This document shows positions 29,780-38,926 of a DNA stretch of 64,000 bases, one piece after another. The stretch's first letter is position 1, and the number at the start of each line of letters is the position of its first letter. The stretch spans positions 930,001 to 994,000 of the forward strand of contig NZ_CP134949.1 of the NCBI RefSeq assembly GCF_032116555.1, written 5' to 3'. The position numbers were made by a program, and so were the translations under genes. The notes beneath the pieces were generated by a model. The model searched no databases, was not told the DNA's origin, and worked only from the letters and a program-made list of their open reading frames with translations. Origin of the DNA: Halorarum halobium (GTDB taxonomy: Archaea > Halobacteriota > Halobacteria > Halobacteriales > Haloferacaceae).

Positions 29780-31009
29780 ATGCGCAGTCCCCACGAACGA
29801 CGGACGCGGGCGGCGAGGGTCCGCCTCCGCGAGCGCGGCGACGACTGTCTGGTGCTGTTCCCGAGCACGAACCTCCTGTACCTCTCCGGGTTCGAGGAAC
29901 AGCCGGGCGAGCGGCACCTGCTGCTGTTCGTTCCCGCGGCGGTGGACGGCGACGCCGACGCGGATGCCGCCGGGGCCGACGCGGCCGTCGCCGGGGCGGA
30001 CGCGGACACCGCCGGGGTCGAAGCCGCCGACCTCGACGCGAGCGGCGCGACCCGCGACCCGGTCTTTCTCGTCCCCGAACTGTACGGCGAGCAGGTTCGC
30101 CGGGAGTCGTGGGTGCCCGACGTCCGGACGTGGGCCGACGACGAGGACCCGCGGGCGGCGGTCGCCGCGGTGCTCGCTGACCTCGGTGTGGATGACGGGC
30201 GCGTCCTCCTCGACGACACGATGCACGCCCGGTTCACGCTCGACCTCCGGGAAGCGCTCCCCGACGCCGAGTTCGGCCTGGCCTCCGAGGTGCTCTCGGA
30301 GCTCCGCGTCCGCAAGGACGACGCGGAACTCGACGCGATGGCCCGCGCGGGCGACGTCGCCGACGCCGTGATCGAGGACCTCAGGGCCCGCGACGGCGAC
30401 GTGGTCGGCGACACCGAAGCCGAGTTGGCCGAGTACGTCGAGGACCGCCTCGCACACCACGGCGGGGCGGGCGTCTCCTTCGAGACCATCGTCGGCTCCG
30501 GGCCGAACGGTGCGATGCCACACCACGCCCACGGCGAGCGGGAGATCGGGGCCGGCGAGCCGGTCGTGCTCGACTTCGGGACGCGGGTCGACGGCTACCC
30601 CTCCGACCAGACCCGGACGCTCGTGTTCGGCGCCGACGAGGTGGAACCGAGCGCGACGGTCCGCGAGGTCCACGACGTCGTCCGCGAGGCACAGCGGGCG
30701 GGCGTCGACGCGGTCGAACCGGGCGTCACCGCGGGCGCGGTCGACGCGGCCGCCCGCGAGGTCATCGAGGACGCGGGCTACGGCGGGGAGTTCATCCACC
30801 GGACGGGCCACGGCGTCGGTCTCGACGTCCACGAGGAGCCGTACGTCGTCGCCGGCAGCGATCGGGAACTGGCCGAAGGGATGACCTTCAGCGTCGAACC
30901 CGGCGTCTACCTGCCCGACGAGTTCGGCGTGCGGATCGAGGACCTGGTGGTGGTGACCGAGGACGGGTGCGAACGGCTCAACCACACCGACCGCGGCTGG
31001 CGCCCCTGA
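29780..31009 (+). CDS. M24 family Xaa-Pro peptidase
   Basis: GYPSDQTRT, HRTGHGVGLDVHE, FSVEPGVY, GVRIED. Confidence 0.93.
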   Translation: MRSPHERRTRAARVRLRERGDDCLVLFPSTNLLYLSGFEEQPGERHLLLFVPAAVDGDADADAAGADAAVAGADADTAGVEAADLDASGATRDPVFLVPELYGEQVRRESWVPDVRTWADDEDPRAAVAAVLADLGVDDGRVLLDDTMHARFTLDLREALPDAEFGLASEVLSELRVRKDDAELDAMARAGDVADAVIEDLRARDGDVVGDTEAELAEYVEDRLAHHGGAGVSFETIVGSGPNGAMPHHAHGEREIGAGEPVVLDFGTRVDGYPSDQTRTLVFGADEVEPSATVREVHDVVREAQRAGVDAVEPGVTAGAVDAAAREVIEDAGYGGEFIHRTGHGVGLDVHEEPYVVAGSDRELAEGMTFSVEPGVYLPDEFGVRIEDLVVVTEDGCERLNHTDRGWRP

Positions 31010-31102
31010 GCCGACGCGGACGACTCCCGGCCGAGCGGTTTAGGCGAACCAAAACATATCAGTAATCAGAGTGTTTATTCGGGACGGGGACGTAGCTGAG
31101 CC

Positions 31103-31900
31103 ATGGTCGCCCTCGAGTCGGTTCTGGTCGTCGCTGTCGCCGGGTTGGTGACGGCGCTGGCGACCGGACTCGGCGCCCTCCCGTTCTTCGTCGTCGAGGA
31201 CCTCTCCGACAGGTGGAACGTCGCGCTGTGGGGGCTCGCCTCGGGGATCATGGTCGCGGCCTCCGTGTTCGGCCTCGTGTTCGAGGGGCTGGCGGAGGGG
31301 ACGCCGTTCCGCGTCGGCGTCGGTGCCGTCGCGGGGGTCGCGCTCGTCGCGGTTGCCCGCGACGTGGTGATGGACGCCGACATCGACCCGAAGGAGTACG
31401 AGGAGGCGGACTTCAGGAAACTGGTGCTCATCCTCGGCGTGCTCACGGTCCACTCGTTCCCCGAGGGCGTCGCGGTCGGCGTCTCGTTCGCGGACCTGGG
31501 CCTGGACGGAGGGTTGCAGGTGCTGGGGCTCTCGGTGCCGCTGCTCGCGGTGGTCATGACGCTCGCCATCTCGATCCACAACGTCCCGGAGGGCGTCGCC
31601 GTGTCGATTCCGCTCCGGTCGATCGGGATCTCCCCGCCGCGGATGGTCTGGTGGGCCGTGTTCTCCAGCCTCCCGCAGCCGATCGGCGCGGTCATCGCGT
31701 TCGCGTTCGTCAGATACGCGCGAGCGTTCCTGCCGGCGGGCTTCGGCTTCGCCGCGGGCGCGATGGTGTACCTCGTGCTCTCGGAGTTCGTGCCGGAGGC
31801 GCTCGAGACCGGCGCGGACCTCCCGAGCGGCGGGAAGCGGGAACTGACCGCGGGCATCGTCGTCGGCGTCCTGGCCATGGTTCCGCTGCTGTGGATCTAG
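31103..31900 (+). CDS. ZIP (GufA/ZupT) family metal transporter
   Basis: VHSFPEGVAVG, IHNVPEG, GFAAGAM. Confidence 0.92.
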   Translation: MVALESVLVVAVAGLVTALATGLGALPFFVVEDLSDRWNVALWGLASGIMVAASVFGLVFEGLAEGTPFRVGVGAVAGVALVAVARDVVMDADIDPKEYEEADFRKLVLILGVLTVHSFPEGVAVGVSFADLGLDGGLQVLGLSVPLLAVVMTLAISIHNVPEGVAVSIPLRSIGISPPRMVWWAVFSSLPQPIGAVIAFAFVRYARAFLPAGFGFAAGAMVYLVLSEFVPEALETGADLPSGGKRELTAGIVVGVLAMVPLLWI

Positions 31901-31960
31901 CGTAGGGCCGTGGCACCAGCACCCCTGTGTGAGAAAACGCTTCGTGGTTCAACTGCGGCC

Positions 31961-32116
31961 TGCACCAGCGTCAGTGCCGCGAGCGAGGGAGGCGAGACGA
32001 AGCCGCGCCGACTGCTGCTCGCGGCGTTTTGGCATGAACGGGTTTTGCGGGGGTTCGACGAGCGCGGGCCGGCGGAGCCGGCCCGCGTGAGGAGGACCCC
32101 CGTCAAAAGAGGTTCA
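31961..32116 (+). repeat. Palindromic intergenic repeat, family A, copy 3
   Basis: Near-identical to 7407-7615 without the insert; overlaps the stop codon at 32114-32116. Confidence 0.9.
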
Positions 32117-32398
32117 GTGCGAGTGACCCATCGCGTCCTGGAGGCTCTGCCCGAAGCGCTCCTCGAACAGTTCCTCGGCCTTCGCGTTGATCTCCTCGAC
32201 GTCGGCGGGCGTCTCGCCCTGCGAGTGGTGCGCGAGCGCGTGGGCCTGCTGTGCGAACGCCTGCAACACGACGTCGCTGATGACGCGGCTCGGCTCCTCG
32301 CCCTGTTCGGCCATCATGTCGACGAGCCCCGCGGGCAGGTCGACGGTGTCGGTGTCGCCGTCCGGTCCCTCGACGGTGTAGGTTTCCGAATCAACCAT
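32114..32398 (-). CDS. Small conserved haloarchaeal hypothetical protein
   Basis: 94-aa acidic ORF MVDSETYTVEG...FEERFGQSLQDAMGHSH. Confidence 0.8.
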   Translation of the reverse strand: MVDSETYTVEGPDGDTDTVDLPAGLVDMMAEQGEEPSRVISDVVLQAFAQQAHALAHHSQGETPADVEEINAKAEELFEERFGQSLQDAMGHSH

Positions 32399-32484
32399 GG
32401 CTCGTTGCTGGCGTGCCGGACCTAAAGGTCCGTGGGTATCGTGCGTCGATTCTGCTGGGTTGAGTTGGTTCGACACCCGACCGG

Positions 32485-32758
32485 ACGTCTCGGAAGCCCC
32501 CGCGGCGCTGCGGTCGCGCGCCTCGTTGCGCTTCTCGCACTCGCTCGCTTCGCTCGGTCGCGCTGCGGTGCGTACGTCGTCGGGCTTCCCGCAGCGCCAC
32601 GGCCCCTTCCAGTCCCGCCCGTGGCCGGTCGTGCCCGTCGTCGCGGGCGAATGGCTGGTGAGCACGAGCCGTGGGAAGTCAGTAGCCGTCGCGGGCGAAA
32701 GTCTGGTGGGTGCGAACCATCGGAAGTCGGCAGTCGTCGCGGTCGGAGGACGGTCGTA
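32485..32758 (+). repeat. Family B repeat followed by a 48-bp degenerate tandem (2.3 copies)
   Basis: 22-bp identity to the reverse complement of 20541-20562; tandem units start at 32637, 32685, 32733. Confidence 0.85.
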
Positions 32759-32776
32759 ACGAAGTCGAGAGGCCGG

Positions 32777-33829
32777 TCAGTCGTCGGCAGCGGCCGTTTC
32801 GCCCGCCTTCGCCTCGGCGCGTTCCAGTTCCTCGAGGTAGCCGTCGGCGTCGATTGCGGCCTCACAGCCCATGCCGGCGGCGGTGACCGCCTGCTGGTAG
32901 TGGAAGTCGACGACGTCGCCCGCGCCGAAGATGCCCTCGACGTCGGTCCGGGTCTGCCCGGCCCCCGTCCCGCCGACGGTCTTGATGTACCCCTCGGCGT
33001 CCAGTTCGACGCCCGTGTCCGCGAGGTAGTCGGTGTTGGGCGTGTGGCCGATTGCGTAAAAGGCCGCGCCGACCTCGAACTCCCACTCCTCCGTCTCGGG
33101 GTCGTCGAGGCGGTCGGTCGGGTAGCCCTCCGGGTGGCGGACGAGCGTGGCGGACTCGACGCCCTCCTCGCGGGTGCCATGGAGTTCCGTGACCTCCGTG
33201 TTCAGCATGAGTTCGACGTCGCCGTCCTCGACGTGCTCCATCAGGCGGTCGATCCAGTAGTCCTCCGCGCGGAACTCGTCGCGCCGGTGGGCCAGGTAGA
33301 CGGTGTCGGCGAACTTCGTGAGGAAGACGGCCTCCTCGCAGGCCGCGTCGCCGCCGCCGACGACGAGCATGTCCTCGCCGCGGAAGAAGGCACCGTCGCA
33401 GGTCGCACACGTCGAGAGCCCGTAGCCCATCAGCTCGTCCTCGCCCGGAATCCCGAGCGTCCGTGCCGAGGCCCCGGAGGCGGCGATGACCGCGTCCGCC
33501 GTGTACACGTCACCGTTCGTCAGCTCGACCCTGAACGGGTGCGAGGAGTCGTCGACCGACGCCACGACGCCGTTCTTCACCTCGGCGCCGAAGCGCTTCG
33601 CCTGCTCCTTGGTCCGGTTGATGAACTCCGCGCCGTTGACGCCCTCGGGGAAGCCGGGGAAGTTCTCAACCTCGGAGGTGAGCGTGAGCTGTCCGCCCGG
33701 CTCGTCGCCCTCGAAGACGAGGGGCTCGTTGTTCGACCGCGCGGCGTAGATGGCCGCCGTGAGGCCCGCGGAGCCGGTTCCCGCGACGATCAGCTTCCTG
33801 TGTTCGACGATGTCGGCCGCATCACTCAT
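32777..33829 (-). CDS. trxB: Thioredoxin-disulfide reductase
   Basis: GGQLT..EVENFPGF, CATCDGAFF, VVGGGDAA, GIFGAGDV. Confidence 0.93.
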   Translation of the reverse strand: MSDAADIVEHRKLIVAGTGSAGLTAAIYAARSNNEPLVFEGDEPGGQLTLTSEVENFPGFPEGVNGAEFINRTKEQAKRFGAEVKNGVVASVDDSSHPFRVELTNGDVYTADAVIAASGASARTLGIPGEDELMGYGLSTCATCDGAFFRGEDMLVVGGGDAACEEAVFLTKFADTVYLAHRRDEFRAEDYWIDRLMEHVEDGDVELMLNTEVTELHGTREEGVESATLVRHPEGYPTDRLDDPETEEWEFEVGAAFYAIGHTPNTDYLADTGVELDAEGYIKTVGGTGAGQTRTDVEGIFGAGDVVDFHYQQAVTAAGMGCEAAIDADGYLEELERAEAKAGETAAADD

Positions 33830-34011
33830 TGCTCACGGGTACTCGCCTGGCCGGTTTGTAGGTTGTGCTGTCCGGCGCGCGACCCGCATGCCCGTCACCG
33901 TCTCACACGCCGATTCGCCCTCCGCCCGCCGCCGAGCCGTTCACCCCGCACGCCGCGAGAATCCGAACTCCCCACGGCCGTACGAGCGGGTGTCGGCAAA
34001 CGACGGTCGAA

Positions 34012-34113
34012 CGACCGTCCGCCCCGCGACGCTCGGCACGACCGGCCACGGGTGGGACTGGAAGGGGCCGCCTCGCTCGGCGAACCCCGGACCCGGTGAG
34101 GCGGGGGCTTCCG
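34012..34113 (-). repeat. Family B repeat, inverted relative to the copy at 32485
   Basis: 34035-34070 is the reverse complement of 32600-32635 (35/36); 34101-34113 of 32491-32503 (13/13). Confidence 0.85.
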
Positions 34114-34233
34114 CGGTCGTCGCGGTGGCGGTAGTGGTGAGGTGCCGGGTAGCTGAAACAGCAAATGCACGAGACACGGATGAGAGCCGAAGCACTCACC
34201 ACCCTCCCGATACCACACACGAACCAGAAACCG

Positions 34234-34518
34234 ATGCCGGCCGAACTCGACGAGAAGACGACCCGATACGGCGATATGCTCGCCGACGCGCTCGCCGAGG
34301 CCGAGGTGTGCGTCCCGGAGGGGACGCCGCTCCACGAGGCGGCGGTCGAGTGCCGGGAGATGGCCCTGTCGTACCTCGAGGACGGCCGGCACTTCCGGGC
34401 GGCCGACGACCCGGTGAATGCGCTCGCCGCCTACTCGTACGGCTACGGCTGGCTGGACTGTGGCGTCCGGCTGGGATTGTTTTCGGTCCCCGAGGACACT
34501 GAACTGTTCACCACCTGA
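34234..34518 (+). CDS. DUF357 domain protein
   Basis: MALSYLEDGRHF...NALAAYSYGYGWLDCGVRLGLF. Confidence 0.88.
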   Translation: MPAELDEKTTRYGDMLADALAEAEVCVPEGTPLHEAAVECREMALSYLEDGRHFRAADDPVNALAAYSYGYGWLDCGVRLGLFSVPEDTELFTT

Positions 34519-34559
34519 CCGCCACCGGACCTTTCCTCCCCTGTCCCGTAACGCCGACC

Positions 34560-35456
34560 ATGGCGACCCTGCACTTCGACGAGATCCTCGTCCCGACGGA
34601 CGCGAGCGAGACCGCCGACGCGGCGCTGGACGCCGCGCTCTCGCTGGCCTCGCGGACCGGCGCGCGCGTCCACCTGCTCTCGGTGGTGAACCCCTACGTG
34701 CTCTCGAAGGTGACCGACGTCGGCGAGAGCCGGTCGGAGGTCGAGTCGATCGTCGCCGAGGCCGCCGAGCGCGCCCGGGATGCCGGCGTCGGCGTCGAAA
34801 CCGCCGTCGCCGAGGGGGCCCCCCACGAGGAGGTCGGGGCGTACGTCGACGAGCACGGCATCGACGTCGTCGTGATGGGTACCCACGGCCGATCCGGCGT
34901 CGGGCGGGCGCTCATGGGCAGCGTCACCGAGAAGGTCGTGCGGACGGTCGACGTGCCGGTGCTCACGATCCACGAACCGATCCCCTCGTTCGAGCCGAGT
35001 CGGATGCTGCTCCCGACCGACGGGAGCGACCCGGCCACGGCGGCAGAGCGCGTCGCGCTGTCGCTGGCCGACGAGTACGACGCGACCTTGGAGGCGCTGA
35101 GCGTCGTCGACAGCCTCCAGCTCGCGGCCGCCTCGGACCCCGCCGCCGGCGGCGAGGGCATGGCTCAGGTGACCGACCTGCTGAAAGAACAGGCCGAAAC
35201 CGCGGTCCAGAACGTGGCGGCCGACGGGACGTCCGCCGGCGTCAGCGTCGAGACGACCGTCGGGGAGGGCCGCCCGCACGAGCGCATCCTCGCCGCCGCC
35301 GAGGAGCACGACGCCGACGTCATCGTCGTCGGCACGCACGGACGGAGCGGCGTCCAGCGGTTCGTCCTGGGCAGCGTCGCCGAGAAGGTGCTGCGACTCG
35401 CGGATCGACCCGTGCTCGTCGTTCCGGCAGCGAACTCGGACGGGACCGCGGCGTGA
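34560..35456 (+). CDS. Universal stress protein (tandem USP domains)
   Basis: ILVPTDAS/LLPTDGS; GTHGRSG..GSV motif twice. Confidence 0.93.
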   Translation: MATLHFDEILVPTDASETADAALDAALSLASRTGARVHLLSVVNPYVLSKVTDVGESRSEVESIVAEAAERARDAGVGVETAVAEGAPHEEVGAYVDEHGIDVVVMGTHGRSGVGRALMGSVTEKVVRTVDVPVLTIHEPIPSFEPSRMLLPTDGSDPATAAERVALSLADEYDATLEALSVVDSLQLAAASDPAAGGEGMAQVTDLLKEQAETAVQNVAADGTSAGVSVETTVGEGRPHERILAAAEEHDADVIVVGTHGRSGVQRFVLGSVAEKVLRLADRPVLVVPAANSDGTAA

Positions 35457-35474
35457 CGTCCTCGGGCGATCCGG

Positions 35475-36980
35475 CTACTCGAACCGGTAGGTCGGCCCGT
35501 CGTCGCCGTCCTCCACCGCGACCCCGAGCGCCTCGATGTCCTCCCGGAGCGCGTCGGCGCGCTCGTAGTTGCCCGCGGCCCGCTCCTCCTCGCGCACGTC
35601 GAGCACGAGTTCGACCAGGTCGCCGGCGAGGTCGACGTCGCCGTCCGCCTCGCGGCCGAGTTCGAGGCCGAACACGTCGCCGCCGAGTTCCTCGAACGTC
35701 TCGACTGCCCGTCGCAGCCCCCGGTAGTCGTAGCCGTCGGCCGCCTCGTCGGCGACGAGGTCGACCGCCTCGACGTGCCGGTTCACCGCCGAGGCGAGCT
35801 CCAGCAGCGCGTTCGAGGCCGTCCGCACGTCGAAGTCGTCGTTCATCGCCGCGGTGAACTCCTCCCTGGTCGTCTCGACGGCCTCCCGGAGCGCCTCGTC
35901 CGTGGCCTTCGTCCGCGCGTCGACCGAGTCGCAGCCGTCGACGGCGGCCTCGTAGGCGCGTTCGAGGCGCTCCCAGCGCTCCGCGGCTTCTTCCATTGCG
36001 TCGGCCGAGAACGTCTGGTCGCCGCGGTACTGCGCGCCGAGGTAGAACGTGCGGACGACGTTGACGCCGAACTCGTCGAGCGCGTCGCGCACGGTGAAGA
36101 AGTTACCGAGGCTGGAGGACATCTTGTCCTCGGTCGTCCGCAGGAGGCCGTTGTGGAGCCAGTACCGGGCGAACGTGTGTTCGGTGGCCGCCTCGCTCTG
36201 GGCGATCTCGTTCTCGTGGTGGGGGAACACGAGGTCGCGCCCGCCCATGTGGATGTCCAGCGTCTCGCCCAGATGCGTCATCGACATGGCCGAGCACTCG
36301 ATGTGCCAGCCGGGCCGGCCCGCGCCCCACGGCGAGTCCCAGGTCTCGCCCGACGGGAGGTCGCCCCCGTGCTCGTGTTTCCGGTGTTCGCGGATCGCGT
36401 CCTCGCCGACGCCGTCGGCCTTCCACAGCGCGAAGTCCGAGGGGTGACGCTTCTCGGCGAGTTCGTCGGGATCGGCGTCCGATTCGAGTTCCCCGAGCTT
36501 CTGGTTCGAGAGGTCGCCGTAGCGGTCGAACCGGGTGACGTCGAAGTACACCGAGCCGTTCGCCTCGTAGGCGTAGCCGCGCTCGACGAGCGTCTCCACG
36601 AGGTCGATGATCTCCGGGACGTGCTCGGAGACGCGGGGGTACACCTCCGCGCGCAGGAGGTTGAGCCGGCGCATCTCTTCGATGACCTCGCCGGTGAAGT
36701 GGCGGGCGACGTCGGCCTCGGCGTCCCAGCCCTCGCGCTCGCCGACGCGGGCGGCGATCTTCTCGTTCACGTCGGTGACGTTCTCGACGTGCCGGACGTC
36801 GTAGCCGAGGTGTGCGAGCCAGCGGTGGACGACGTCCGCGTGGAACCAGAGGCGCGCGTGGCCGAGGTGCGGGTCGTCCGAGACCGTCAGCCCACAGACG
36901 TACAGCAGGACCTCGTCGTCGGCTGCGGCTTCGAACTCCCGGCTGTCACCCGTCAGGGTGTCGGTCACGGACAGGGTCAT
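35475..36980 (-). CDS. cysS: Cysteine--tRNA ligase
   Basis: YVCGLTV..HLGHAR, GRPGWHIECSAM, FPHHENEIAQS, KMSSSLGN. Confidence 0.97.
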   Translation of the reverse strand: MTLSVTDTLTGDSREFEAAADDEVLLYVCGLTVSDDPHLGHARLWFHADVVHRWLAHLGYDVRHVENVTDVNEKIAARVGEREGWDAEADVARHFTGEVIEEMRRLNLLRAEVYPRVSEHVPEIIDLVETLVERGYAYEANGSVYFDVTRFDRYGDLSNQKLGELESDADPDELAEKRHPSDFALWKADGVGEDAIREHRKHEHGGDLPSGETWDSPWGAGRPGWHIECSAMSMTHLGETLDIHMGGRDLVFPHHENEIAQSEAATEHTFARYWLHNGLLRTTEDKMSSSLGNFFTVRDALDEFGVNVVRTFYLGAQYRGDQTFSADAMEEAAERWERLERAYEAAVDGCDSVDARTKATDEALREAVETTREEFTAAMNDDFDVRTASNALLELASAVNRHVEAVDLVADEAADGYDYRGLRRAVETFEELGGDVFGLELGREADGDVDLAGDLVELVLDVREEERAAGNYERADALREDIEALGVAVEDGDDGPTYRFE

Positions 36981-37140
36981 TCGGTCGCCGCTACGCGTGC
37001 CTCCGGGTTAAACCGTCGAACTTCTCGCGGCCCGGGTCCCCGGTCCGTCCCGGTCAACGATGCCCGTTCGAGCGGTCCGACCCCGTCGGCGCTCCCCGGG
37101 GCGCGGTTCCTTTATCACGCTGAGTCGGCTACGGGGGTGC

Positions 37141-37785
37141 GTGGACTCCCCGTTCGACGTTCTCCACGTCGACCCCGACGCGAGCGACCGTGAGATCGAT
37201 CTGGCGTACCGCGAACGCGTGCTGGAGTCCCACCCGGACCAGGGGGGCTCGGCCGAGGAGTTTCAGCTCGTTCGGGCCGCCTACGAGGCGATCAGGGCCG
37301 CCGCCGGCGAGGACGACGGGCGGGCGACCCTGGAGGAGCGCGACGAGCCGAGCCGCGACGAGACGTCCCGGGTCGAGTACCTCAACTACGAGGTGCTCTC
37401 GGACCACGGCTGGGCGGTCGGGGACGACGACCTGTTCGAGAAGGCGTCGGCCGCGGACCTCGACCCGACCGACCACGGCCGGTTCGTCGTCGAACCCGAC
37501 GAGTCGCTGCTCGAAGCCGCCGAGAACCGCGGGTACGCCTGGCCGTACGCCTGCCGCGGCGGGGCGTGTGCGAACTGCGCCGTCGCGGTGACCGAGGGCG
37601 AACTGACCCAGCCCATCGACCACATCCTCCCGCCCGAGATCAGCGACCGCGGCATCCGGCTCTCCTGTAACGGGATGCCGCTGACCGACGAACTGCGCGT
37701 CGTCTACAACGTCAAACACCTGGCCGACCTCGACGACCTCCGCCTGCCGCCACACCCGTTCGAGCGGGCGTATCCGACCGACTGA
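37141..37785 (+). CDS. J-domain (DnaJ-like) / halophilic [2Fe-2S] ferredoxin fusion
   Basis: AYRERVLESHPDQGG (HPD), then VEYLNYE, CRGGACANC, RLSC. Confidence 0.88.
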   Translation: MDSPFDVLHVDPDASDREIDLAYRERVLESHPDQGGSAEEFQLVRAAYEAIRAAAGEDDGRATLEERDEPSRDETSRVEYLNYEVLSDHGWAVGDDDLFEKASAADLDPTDHGRFVVEPDESLLEAAENRGYAWPYACRGGACANCAVAVTEGELTQPIDHILPPEISDRGIRLSCNGMPLTDELRVVYNVKHLADLDDLRLPPHPFERAYPTD

Positions 37786-37841
37786 GCGGGGAGCCGAATG
37801 CGGGGAGCCGGACCGATCGCGAACCGGAAAGGGGAGGCCGA

Positions 37842-38315
37842 CTACGCGTCCAGCGCCGCCTCGACCGCCCGGAGCGCCGTCGCCCCGTCGCGCCGCCCGA
37901 CGACCACGACGAGTTCACCGTCCCCGAGACCCGTCGCCACCACGTCAACTTCGGCCGTACGGAGACGGCCCAGCGCCGCCTCCAGCGCCCGCGCGTCCAC
38001 CTCGCCCGCCGCGACGACGGCGGTCAGGTCGCCGCCGTCGGCGGTGAACCCGGTGCCGGCGACCGCGAGCAGTTCGTCGTCGTCACTCCCCGCCGGGCCG
38101 ACCCCGCCGTGCATCGTGACCCGCGCGTCGGCGTCGACGGCGGGCGGGTCCAGGTTCGCCCCGAACCGGCGGAGCGCGGTCGCCACGGCGTCCGTCTCGG
38201 CGTCGATGTCGAGCGTCTCGGCGGCGGCGGCGTAGTTCACCACGCCGGCGCGCAGCGCGTCGAACAGGTACGGCCGGGCCCGGACTGCGGCGCGGGCGTC
38301 CTCCGCGACTGTCAT
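37842..38315 (-). CDS. Conserved archaeal protein, ACT-like C-terminus
   Basis: DALRAGVVNYAAAA...VATALRRF. Confidence 0.75.
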   Translation of the reverse strand: MTVAEDARAAVRARPYLFDALRAGVVNYAAAAETLDIDAETDAVATALRRFGANLDPPAVDADARVTMHGGVGPAGSDDDELLAVAGTGFTADGGDLTAVVAAGEVDARALEAALGRLRTAEVDVVATGLGDGELVVVVGRRDGATALRAVEAALDA

Positions 38316-38450
38316 ACCTCGGGCTCGAACGCGCCCGCGATAACACCGACGGTTTCTCGGGTGGCGGCCGACGCGTGAACGGGGTCAGCGGACGGGCGGC
38401 TCGCCGGGCCGGCGGGAAGCGGGGGCCGACCGACCGCCACTGAAGCGAAC

Positions 38451-38472
38451 TTCTGTACGAACCCGTACAGAA
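38451..38472. promoter_or_regulatory. Perfect 9-4-9 inverted repeat, candidate operator
   Basis: TTCTGTACG-AACC-CGTACAGAA, ~50 bp upstream of ATG 38522 in a divergent intergenic region. Confidence 0.5.
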
Positions 38473-38521
38473 AGGTGATTCAGATTACCGTTTTGGGGGC
38501 GGAGGTCCATCGTTCACCTGC

Positions 38522-38794
38522 ATGAGACCGGATCACCTGAACACCGACGACGCGCTCCTGGTGTCGCGCCGGGGGCCGAAGACCGACGGCTCGGTCCTGG
38601 TATCGCTCGCGGTCACACTGGCGGTCGTGTTCGGCGTCCTCGCCGCGTCGGCGCCCGCCGTCGCCGCCGCCGCCGTCGTGCTCGTCGCCGCCGGCTTCCT
38701 CCTCGCGGAGGTTCGCCGGCGGGCGCGTGCCGGCGTCGGCCGACGGCGACGACGGCTCTGCGTCCCGAAAACGTCGGTCTGCGTGACGGTCTGA
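38522..38794 (+). CDS. Small membrane protein with C-terminal LCVPKTSVC motif
   Basis: Hydrophobic hairpin, Arg-rich stretch, CxxxxxC tail. Confidence 0.6.
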   Translation: MRPDHLNTDDALLVSRRGPKTDGSVLVSLAVTLAVVFGVLAASAPAVAAAAVVLVAAGFLLAEVRRRARAGVGRRRRRLCVPKTSVCVTV

Positions 38795-38926
38795 GACGAC
38801 GACTGCACGGTCCACGGCCGACCGCCCGCACGGTCGACCGCCCGCACGACCGCCACGGAACCGACAGCGGTCCCCGCTGACCCCCTCCGCTCGCCCGCCC
38901 GATTCGTGGCCCCGCCGCGCTCCTCC

